DNA from: Betaproteobacteria bacterium
GTDB taxonomy: Bacteria > Pseudomonadota > Gammaproteobacteria > Burkholderiales > JACQAP01
Assembly: GCA_031403365.1 (NCBI GenBank)
Contig: JANNTE010000027.1
Location: 1,713 to 65,712 of the forward strand
Reading direction: 5' to 3'
DNA: 64,000 bases
In this document: in pieces, positions 56,205 to 64,000 of the stretch
Layout: each line of letters begins with the position of its first letter
Numbering within the stretch: position 1 is the stretch's first letter
The notes under the pieces: model-generated
What the model was told of the DNA's origin: nothing
Database searches by the model: none
What the model saw: only the letters and a program-made list of their open reading frames with translations
Program-made: the position numbers and the translations under genes

Positions 56205-57916
56205 CAGGACGCGCGGCGCATGGCATTGACGGCTTCGGAGTGTTCAAGGCCACGGCTGACCGGTATAGCCAGATCGGCGGGCGGGGGCAGCTTCAGCAAG
56301 GCATACAGGTGCGCGAGCTTCTCCCGGTAAAGTTTGTCAAACGCCATCACCGATTCCGCGGGATTATAGTCGCCGAACCACCAGCACCAGTCGGAGGCTT
56401 CGCAATCGCCGAGCTGGCGCGTGGCCAGTTCTATTTCCCGGCTGCTCAGTTGACCGCTCGCGATCACGGAATCGAAGCTGCGCTTGGCGGCGCACAGCAG
56501 ATCCCAGGCGCGGTTCTTGTCGTGACTGCCGATCCAGGTGGCGAGATTGCCGTATACCCAGCTTCCGGCCACCAGCACGGGCAGCGCCGTGGCATCGCGT
56601 TTTTCATCGAGCAACAGCGCGAAAGTCGTGGTCGCGATGAGCGGATGTTGTTCCAGCATCGCATAGAGTTCGTCGAGGAAGTAGTAGCCGTTATAAGGGT
56701 AGTGCTCCCAGGCGTTTTCGCCATCGAGGATTACGCTGACGATGGGTCGCGCGCCGGAGTCGGCCTTGCCGGCAATGTCCTCGAGCGCGGCGACAAAATG
56801 CGCGGCCGCGTCGTTGCCGTGCCATTTCGCATATTCGAACCCGATGAGATCGGACAAACGATCGTCTCTGAAAAAGCAGGTGATGGCCGTATGATCGTGC
56901 GTAACGCGATAGGGCTTGAAAAGATAATCCTGACGTTCCTGCAAGCTGCCGCCGCCCTGCAAGCTGATGCCGCTCGCCAGCAGGCTATGGGCCAAAACGC
57001 CTTCGCCGCTGGCCATCCATTCGCTGCCGCCTTGCGCCAGCAGGGCGGCAAAGTCCTGCGACACTGCGCCCTCCGCCGGCCACATGCCACGCGGCGGCCG
57101 GCCGAAGCGCCGGACATGGCTGTGTCGCGCCGCCTCCGCCTGGGCGCGGATGCGCTCGTATCCACCGGGATAGTTCGCGGTCGCGGGCAGCGGTGCGCCC
57201 GGGGCCGCTTCGCGTGCGGCATCAAAGGAAATCAGCAACGGTCCGATCGGGTGGTATTCAGGCGTGGTGGTCAGTTCGATGCGCCCGGCTTCGAACAGCT
57301 TGCGGTAGCGCGGAATGACCTCGCGCACTTCACGCCCGATGATGCCGAGCAACTGCATCCGGTCGGCGTGCGAAAAGCCCTCTGCTTTGGCGATCAGCCC
57401 GGGCACGATGTCGTCGCGGCGTCGTACCGTCTCCCCCATCCACGAGATGTGATACCAGCTGAGCAGATCGCCGAAGTATTGCGCAGACAGATAGGCAGCT
57501 CCGGTTTCGCCATGGCTTTGAGCCATTCGATAGAACGCAAGCAACCGGCGGTATGCCGGGTAGGGTTCGATCAGCTTCTGATGGTTGGCCCGGAAGCAGG
57601 AATTCAAAATGAGATTGCGCTGTTCCAGGTCGAGTTGCTGAAAATCCGGCTGCGCAAGCAGGCGCAACAGCGGGTCGCGAAAGCGTCCGCTGGCGAATTG
57701 ATCGGTGTAGTCCTCGATCTGATCGAGCAATACGGGCGTGAAGTTCAGCACCACGCGCATGCCCGGGTGCGCTTCGAGATGCGCGGCCATGTCGCTGTAG
57801 TCCTTGATGGCGTGCAAGTACACCCAAGGCTGCACGAAATCTCCGCTGGCGTGATCGCGGAAATCGGGCTGGTGCATATGCCACAGCAAAACCAGATCCA
57901 GCCTGGAATCGTTCAT
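56204..57916 (-). CDS. GH57 family glycoside hydrolase
   Basis: 570 aa from ATG 57916 (MNDSRLDLVLLWHMHQPDF), with the GH57 signature and ILDGENAWEHY with catalytic-type residues. The track start at 58063 overlaps glgC. Confidence 0.85.
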   Translation of the reverse strand: MNDSRLDLVLLWHMHQPDFRDHASGDFVQPWVYLHAIKDYSDMAAHLEAHPGMRVVLNFTPVLLDQIEDYTDQFASGRFRDPLLRLLAQPDFQQLDLEQRNLILNSCFRANHQKLIEPYPAYRRLLAFYRMAQSHGETGAAYLSAQYFGDLLSWYHISWMGETVRRRDDIVPGLIAKAEGFSHADRMQLLGIIGREVREVIPRYRKLFEAGRIELTTTPEYHPIGPLLISFDAAREAAPGAPLPATANYPGGYERIRAQAEAARHSHVRRFGRPPRGMWPAEGAVSQDFAALLAQGGSEWMASGEGVLAHSLLASGISLQGGGSLQERQDYLFKPYRVTHDHTAITCFFRDDRLSDLIGFEYAKWHGNDAAAHFVAALEDIAGKADSGARPIVSVILDGENAWEHYPYNGYYFLDELYAMLEQHPLIATTTFALLLDEKRDATALPVLVAGSWVYGNLATWIGSHDKNRAWDLLCAAKRSFDSVIASGQLSSREIELATRQLGDCEASDWCWWFGDYNPAESVMAFDKLYREKLAHLYALLKLPPPADLAIPVSRGLEHSEAVNAMRRAS

Positions 57917-57930
57917 CGGGATACGCGGCG

Positions 57931-59214
57931 TCAGCGCTGATGCAGGATGTTCTGACCCAGCATTTCGGGCGTGATCAGCGTGATACCGCGCTCGGAAACA
58001 TGAAAGCGGCGGCGATCTTCCTGCGCATCGAAGCCCGCGCTCAACCCTTCGGGCAGCACGCAACCTTTGTCCACCACTACGCGCCGCAGTTTCACATGCC
58101 GGTTAATGGTGACGTCGGGCAGGATCACTGATTCCTCAATGCTGCCGTAACTGTGCACCCGCACATTCGAAAACAGCAGTGATCGACGTATGGTTGTGCC
58201 GCTGATGAGGCAGCCGCCGGAGACAACCGAATCGATCGCACCGCCGCGCCGGCCCTCGTCGTCGAACACGAACTTGGCCGGCGGCAACTGTTCCTGGTGT
58301 GTCCAGATCGGCCATTCCCTGTCGTACATGTTCAGATCCGGCGTTACCCTCACCAGATCGATATTGGCCTCCCAATAGGCATCCACGGTACCCACATCGC
58401 GCCAGTAGGCCGGCTGGTCGCCCGAACCTACGCAACTGTCGTCGAAGCGTTGCGCGTATACGCGATAGCGCGGCACCAGGTGGGGAATGATGTCTTTGCC
58501 GAAATCGTGGCTGGAGCCGGGTGTGAGCGAGTCGCGGGCGAGTTGTTCGTACAAGAACCGCGCGTTAAAGACATAAATTCCCATGCTTGCAAGCGCCTGG
58601 TCCGGCTTGCCGGGTATGTGCGGCGGACTGGCCGGCTTCTCGACAAAATTGGTGACCCGCCAATCGTCGTTGATGCCCATCACCCCAAACGACGAGGCTT
58701 CCCCGAGCGGTACTTCCAGACAGGCCACCGTCATGTCGGCGTTCCTGGCGACATGGTAGGCCAGCAGCTTGCCGTAATCCATCTTGTAAATATGGTCGCC
58801 GGCCAGGATCAAGATGTAATCGGGCTCATAGGTGCGCAGGATATCGAGATTCTGGTAAACCGCGTCGGCGGTGCCGAGATACCAGTTTTCCTTCGCGGTG
58901 CGTTGCGAGGCCGGCAGAATGTCCACGAATTCCGCAAAGCGCCCGTCGAGAAAACTCCAGCCCCGCTGAAGGTGCCGGATAAGGCTGTGCGATTTGTATT
59001 GCGTGGCCACTCCGATGCGGCGAATGCCCGAGTTGACGCAGTTGGACATCGGGAAATCGATGATGCGGAACTTGCCGCCAAAAGGCACAGCCGGCTTGGC
59101 GCGCCAATCGGTCAGATTCTTCAAACGGCTGCCGCGCCCGCCCGCCAGCACCAGCGCGTAGGTGTTCTTGGTCAGTACGCTGACGAAGCGGACATTGGAG
59201 TCGTTGTCAGTCAT
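57931..59214 (-). CDS. glgC: Glucose-1-phosphate adenylyltransferase
   Basis: 427 aa with [43 protein letters not shown]. Confidence 0.96.
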   Translation of the reverse strand: MTDNDSNVRFVSVLTKNTYALVLAGGRGSRLKNLTDWRAKPAVPFGGKFRIIDFPMSNCVNSGIRRIGVATQYKSHSLIRHLQRGWSFLDGRFAEFVDILPASQRTAKENWYLGTADAVYQNLDILRTYEPDYILILAGDHIYKMDYGKLLAYHVARNADMTVACLEVPLGEASSFGVMGINDDWRVTNFVEKPASPPHIPGKPDQALASMGIYVFNARFLYEQLARDSLTPGSSHDFGKDIIPHLVPRYRVYAQRFDDSCVGSGDQPAYWRDVGTVDAYWEANIDLVRVTPDLNMYDREWPIWTHQEQLPPAKFVFDDEGRRGGAIDSVVSGGCLISGTTIRRSLLFSNVRVHSYGSIEESVILPDVTINRHVKLRRVVVDKGCVLPEGLSAGFDAQEDRRRFHVSERGITLITPEMLGQNILHQR

Positions 59215-59387
59215 GAAATCTTCCCGATGAATGCGCTGCGCCGTCGGTTCAACCCTCTGCAGCCCGGTCTATTCTGACCCCAACCCGTCGCCGCCGCAAA
59301 TAGTGACCGCGCGCGCAAGGTGCTGCTTATAATGGCATAGCGCCATGCACAGCTAGAGTCCTGCGCGATTCCGTCCGTCCGGGCAAT

Positions 59388-61571
59388 ATGATGAAAACTC
59401 CGCAAATCTCCAGAGCCGACGACCTTGAAGCCCTGGTTGCAGCCCGCCACCACGACCCGTTTCGTGTGCTTGGGCTGCACCGCGATGATCGGGACTGGTC
59501 TTTGCACGTGTTCCGGCCTTATGCGGCGGGCGTATCGGTGCGCACCAAGTCCGGATTCGAGCCGATGAAGCGCATCCATGCTCAGGGGGTATTCGCCTGG
59601 CAGTCAAGCGTAGCGCCCGAGCAACCCGTAATGCTGCGCGTCAACGAAGCGGGACGGGAATTTGAAACCTTCGATCCCTATTCTTTCGCTCCGGCCATCG
59701 GCGCGGATGATTTGTATTTGTTCAACGAAGGTCGCCTGGAACAGGCGTATCGCGTACTCGGCAGTCATCCCATCGAGCGCGATGGCGTGCCCGGCGTGCG
59801 TTTTGCCTGCTGGGCACCGAATGCCGGGCGGGTCAGCGTCGTGGGCGAGTTCAATCGCTGGGACGGGCGCTCGCACCCGATGTCCGCGCATGGCTTGAGC
59901 GGCGTATGGGAATTGTTTATTCCCGGCATCGCGGATGGATCGCTGTACAAGTACGAGATTCGCAACCGCGCGAGCGGCGAAGTCTTTGTCAAAACCGATC
60001 CCTATGCGCGTTTTCATGAAGTGCGTCCCGGCACCGCCGCGCAGGTTGCCGGCAAAGACTATGCGTGGCGCGATGAGCCATGGATGAACGCCCGCGCCCG
60101 CTGGGACTGGCTGCATGCGCCGATCAACATCTATGAAGTGCACATCGGATCGTGGAAGCGCCATCCGGACGGGCGCTTTTATTCCTACAGCGAACTGGCG
60201 CAAAGCCTGATCCCGTATGTTGTGGACATGGGCTACACCCATATCGAGCTGTTGCCGGTGTCCGAACATCCGCTTGACGAATCCTGGGGCTACCAGACTA
60301 CCGGCTACTTCGCAGTGACCAGCCGCTTTGGCACGCCCGAAGCCTTCAAGGGCTTTGTCGATGCCTGCCACCAGGCCGGGATCGGCGTCATTCTCGACTG
60401 GGTGCCGGCGCATTTTCCGACCGACGCATTTTCGCTCGCGCGCTTCGATGGCACCGCGCTCTATGAACACGAGGACCCGCGCCTGGGATTCCACCAGGAT
60501 TGGGGCACGCATATCTTCAACTACGGGCGCAAGGAAGTGAAAAGCTTCCTGTTATCCAGTGCGCACTTCTGGCTCAAGGAGTGTCATCTGGACGGATTGC
60601 GCGTTGACGCCGTTGCCTCAATGCTCTACCTGGATTACTCGCGCAAGGCTGGTGAATGGATTCCGAACAAGTACGGCGGGCGCGAGAACCTGGATGCCAT
60701 CGAATTGCTGCGCGAGCTGAACGTCATGGTGCATCGGGATTTTCCCGGCGCGCTGACCCTGGCCGAGGAGTCCACCGCCTGGCCGATGGTGTCGCGGCCG
60801 GTTTATGTCGGCGGCCTCGGGTTCTCGATGAAATGGAACATGGGCTGGATGAGTGACACGCTGGCGTATCTGGCCCACGATCCGGTGCATCGCCGTTTCC
60901 ACCACAATCAGCTGACCTTTGGCCAGATTTACGCCTACAGCGAGAATTTTCTGCTGCCGCTCTCGCATGACGAAGTTGTGCATGGCAAAGGTTCACTGCT
61001 CGGCAAAATGCCGGGGGATGCCTGGCAGAAATTCGCAAATGTGCGCCTGCTGCTGGCCTATCAGTTCGTTGCCTGCGGCAAGAAGCTCGGGTTCATGGGC
61101 AACGAGTTTGCCCAGGGACGTGAGTGGCGTGCGGGCGGGGAACTCGACTGGGGTCTGCTCGGCATCGACTGGCATCGCGGTGTGCAAACCCTGATGCGCG
61201 ATCTGTGCCGGCTCTATCGCGATGAGCCGGCATTGCACGAGCTGGATTTCGAGCCGGACGGTTTCCGCTGGATCGATTGCAACGACGCCGACCAGTCGGT
61301 GCTGTGTTTCGAACGCCTGGCCCGCGACGGATCATGCATCGTGGCGGTGCTCAACTTCACGCCGGTGCCGCGTCATGGTTATCGCGTGGGATTGCCCGGA
61401 AAAGGCGACTGGCGCGAAATTTTCAACAGCGACTCCGCCTTTTATGCCGGTTCGAATTCCGGCAATGCCGGGGCCATCGCCGCGCAGCCTTACCCGTGGA
61501 TGGGTCAGGATCATTCGGCCGCGATCACCCTGCCGCCGCTGGGAGCGCTGATCCTGCGCTGCGACCGGTAA
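59388..61571 (+). CDS. glgB: 1,4-alpha-glucan branching enzyme (GH13)
   Basis: 727 aa with the GH13 conserved regions ([39 protein letters not shown]). Confidence 0.96.
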   Translation: MMKTPQISRADDLEALVAARHHDPFRVLGLHRDDRDWSLHVFRPYAAGVSVRTKSGFEPMKRIHAQGVFAWQSSVAPEQPVMLRVNEAGREFETFDPYSFAPAIGADDLYLFNEGRLEQAYRVLGSHPIERDGVPGVRFACWAPNAGRVSVVGEFNRWDGRSHPMSAHGLSGVWELFIPGIADGSLYKYEIRNRASGEVFVKTDPYARFHEVRPGTAAQVAGKDYAWRDEPWMNARARWDWLHAPINIYEVHIGSWKRHPDGRFYSYSELAQSLIPYVVDMGYTHIELLPVSEHPLDESWGYQTTGYFAVTSRFGTPEAFKGFVDACHQAGIGVILDWVPAHFPTDAFSLARFDGTALYEHEDPRLGFHQDWGTHIFNYGRKEVKSFLLSSAHFWLKECHLDGLRVDAVASMLYLDYSRKAGEWIPNKYGGRENLDAIELLRELNVMVHRDFPGALTLAEESTAWPMVSRPVYVGGLGFSMKWNMGWMSDTLAYLAHDPVHRRFHHNQLTFGQIYAYSENFLLPLSHDEVVHGKGSLLGKMPGDAWQKFANVRLLLAYQFVACGKKLGFMGNEFAQGREWRAGGELDWGLLGIDWHRGVQTLMRDLCRLYRDEPALHELDFEPDGFRWIDCNDADQSVLCFERLARDGSCIVAVLNFTPVPRHGYRVGLPGKGDWREIFNSDSAFYAGSNSGNAGAIAAQPYPWMGQDHSAAITLPPLGALILRCDR

Positions 61572-61576
61572 GACCC

Positions 61577-63040
61577 ATGCCCGGAAAACTCAAAGTGCTG
61601 TTCGCGACTTCTGAAGTCGCGCCGATCATCAAGACCGGCGGGCTGGCCGATGTCAGCGCGGCTCTGCCGGTGGCACTGCATGCGCTCGGCGTCGATATGC
61701 GTCTGCTTGTGCCCGGCTATCCGCAGGTGATGAGCGCGCTCAAGACCCGCGCCCGTCTGGCGAACCTGCCCTCGCTGCCGGGCCTGCCACCGGCCAGCCT
61801 GCTCGTGTCAAAGCTGCCATCGGGTTTGCCTTTGCTGGTGATCGAATGCCCGATTTACCAGCGCAGTGGCGGTCCCTATCAGGATAGTTCCGCCACCGAC
61901 TGGCCTGACAACGATCTGCGCTTCGGGCTGCTGTCGTATGTCGGCGCGTTGTTGTCCACGCCCGCCTCGCCTTTTGGCGCCTGGATACCTGAAATCGTTC
62001 ACTGCAACGACTGGCAGACCGGGCTCACGCCCGCTTATCTGAATTACGTCAGCGGGCCGCGTGCGCGCACGGTCATGACCATTCACAATCTGGCCTATCA
62101 GGGCATTTTCCCGCCGCAAAGCGCGAACCGCCTGGGTCTGCCGCCGCAGGCCTTTGCCATCGACGGAGTGGAGTTCTATGGCAGTTTGTCTTTTCTAAAG
62201 GGCGGGCTGCAATTCGCCGACCGCATTACCACGGTAAGCCCCAACTATGCCCGGGAAATTCAGACTGAGCCGCTGGGCGCGGGCATGCACGGCCTGCTCG
62301 CACACCGCAAGCATGTCCTCACCGGCATACTCAACGGCATCGACGTCGATGCATGGGACCCTGAAACCGATCCCTACATAGAGCGCTACTACACCGCCTC
62401 GCGCCTGTCTGCGAAGCAGGACAACAAGCGCGCGCTGCAAGCGCGCATGGGATTGCGCGACGAAGCGCGCACACTGCTGCTGGGTGCGGTGAGCCGGTTC
62501 TCGGATCAGAAAGGCCTCGATGTGCTGGCCGACATCGCCGATGAACTGGTCAAACTGCCCGCGCAGCTTGTCGTGCTCGGCTCCGGCGATCCGGCTCTGC
62601 AAACCCGCTTTCTCGAGATTGCCAGGCGGCATGTGGGCGCGATGGCGGTGCAGATCGGATTCGATGAAGGGCTGTCGCATCAGATCGAAGCCGGTGTGGA
62701 TCTGTTCGTGATGCCCTCGCGCTACGAGCCATGCGGGCTGAACCAGATGTACAGCCAGCGCTATGGCACGCCGCCACTGGTGCATGGCACCGGCGGTCTG
62801 CTCGATTCGGTGGTCGATTGTTCGCCGGCTACGCTGAAGGATCACACCGCAAGCGGTTTCGTTTTTTCACCCCTGAGCGCAGCCACCCTGCTGGGGGCTT
62901 GCCAGCGGGCGCTCGCTGCCTACGGCGAGGAAAAGATTTGGCGTCGATTGCAGAAGAACGGCATGAAACGCGACTTCAGTTGGGAGGCGAGCGCCCAGCG
63001 TTATCTTGACCTGTACCGCGACGTGGTGGCACTGGAGTAA
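61577..63040 (+). CDS. glgA: Glycogen synthase (ADP-glucose type, GT5)
   Basis: 487 aa from ATG 61577 (MPGKLKVLFATSEVAPIIKTGGLADV), with MPSRYEPCGLNQMY. The 587-aa track ORF is an extension overlapping glgB. Confidence 0.95.
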   Translation: MPGKLKVLFATSEVAPIIKTGGLADVSAALPVALHALGVDMRLLVPGYPQVMSALKTRARLANLPSLPGLPPASLLVSKLPSGLPLLVIECPIYQRSGGPYQDSSATDWPDNDLRFGLLSYVGALLSTPASPFGAWIPEIVHCNDWQTGLTPAYLNYVSGPRARTVMTIHNLAYQGIFPPQSANRLGLPPQAFAIDGVEFYGSLSFLKGGLQFADRITTVSPNYAREIQTEPLGAGMHGLLAHRKHVLTGILNGIDVDAWDPETDPYIERYYTASRLSAKQDNKRALQARMGLRDEARTLLLGAVSRFSDQKGLDVLADIADELVKLPAQLVVLGSGDPALQTRFLEIARRHVGAMAVQIGFDEGLSHQIEAGVDLFVMPSRYEPCGLNQMYSQRYGTPPLVHGTGGLLDSVVDCSPATLKDHTASGFVFSPLSAATLLGACQRALAAYGEEKIWRRLQKNGMKRDFSWEASAQRYLDLYRDVVALE

Positions 63041-63128
63041 AATGTGCGCGCTTGCCCGCCGGCTCTTTGCATCAGCCGAGCCAGTAATCATCCCGTAAGA
63101 ACTACCATTGAACGCAACAGGAGGCTGA

Positions 63129-64000
63129 AATGATCGGTGATCGCATCGAAGTCAACATGGCCGGCGGACTCGACATCGCCCTGCCGCGCATGGTGCACGT
63201 GCGCCAGAAATTCCAAACCAAGAAACTCGACAGCGTCACCAAGACTGTTGTCGAGCAGTTCAAGCGCCCCGAAGTGCGCGCCAAGGTCAAGCCGGGCATG
63301 AGCATCGCAGTAGGCTGCGGCTCGCGCGGCATCAACAACATCGCCGAATGCACCAAGGCGGTGGTCGCTGAGTTGAAGGCGCTCGGCGCAAAACCATTCA
63401 TATTCCCCGCCATGGGCAGCCACGGCGGCGCCACCGCCGAGGGGCAGCGCGAAGTGCTGGAAGGTTATGGCATTACCGAGAGTTTCGTAGGCTGCCCGGT
63501 CAAATCGAGCATGGACGTCGTGGAACTGGGCAAACTCGACGACGGCATGCCGGTCTATATGGACAAACTGGCCGCCGCCGCCGACGCAGTGGTCATCATC
63601 CCGCGCGTCAAGCCGCACACCAATTTCCGCGCGCCGATCGAATCAGGCATCGTCAAGATGCTGACCATCGGCATGGGCAAAATCATCGGCGCCACCACGC
63701 TGCACACCTACGGCATGGATATGTTCGGCGAGCTGCTGCCGAAAACCGCGAAACTCATTCTTGCCAAGAAGAATATTTTGTTCGGCGTGGCCATGGTGGA
63801 AAACGCCGCCGATGAAACCGCGATCATCGAAATCGTTCCGGCCGAACAGATTTTCGAGCGCGAGCCGGTGTTGCTGGCGAAAGCCAAGGAATTGATGCCG
63901 CGCCTGCAATTCGACGAGATTGACGTGCTGGTGGTGGAAAAGATCGGCAAGAACATTTCCGGTTCCGGCATGGACCCGAACATCACCGGGCGCAACTGCC
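63129..64000 (+). CDS. LarA-like / DUF2088-type domain protein (partial; runs off the right edge; family call tentative)
   Basis: Not in the track because it has no stop. ATG 63129 is preceded by AGGAGG. It reads MIGDRIEVNMAGGLDIALPRMVHVRQKF...PAMGSHGGATAEGQREVL...RVKPHTNFRAPIESGIVKM...GKNISGSGMDPNITGR. The open frame and codon bias are clear, but the family was recognised only from memory. Confidence 0.6.

Overview
This is a gene-dense, origin-proximal core chromosome segment. Its gene order looks betaproteobacterial (an inference from synteny, not a search result). The left arm, on the minus strand, carries atpA(partial)-H-F-E-B-I, parB-parA-rsmG-mnmG, a TauE-family permease, and mnmE-yidC-yidD-rnpA-rpmH. 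The right arm carries dnaA-dnaN-gyrB with no recF, then convergent topA-smg-dprA and a LysM protein. Next come def-fmt-rsmB, a DUF4390 gene and ntrY-ntrX. The central-carbon string tkt-gap-pgk-pyk is interrupted after tkt by glk, a SemiSWEET and a 4-gene sugar ABC importer. After that come purE-purK-purC-tsaC and a small mixed block: an outer-membrane barrel, YjdF, a class-V aminotransferase, a YdiJ-like FAD/Fe-S dehydrogenase, a cupin and an IlvD/Edd dehydratase. The window ends with a glycogen locus, glgC-GH57-GH57 divergent from glgB-glgA, and a truncated LarA-like gene at the right edge. I saw no rRNA, tRNA, CRISPR array, transposase, integrase, phage gene or recognisable defence/toxin module, so I do not claim a new system here. 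The observations worth a second look are modest. They are a tandem parS doublet in the mnmG leader, an rnpA with no canonical start codon, and helically phased DnaA-box-like sites between dnaA and dnaN. Also notable are gyrB and topA abutting tail-to-tail, a degenerate NtrX AAA+ core, and an unassigned 337-bp gap where fba usually sits. The last two are a divergent aminotransferase/dehydrogenase pair and a glycogen locus built around two coupled GH57 genes. The many long antisense ORFs are codon-aligned shadow frames and are rejected.
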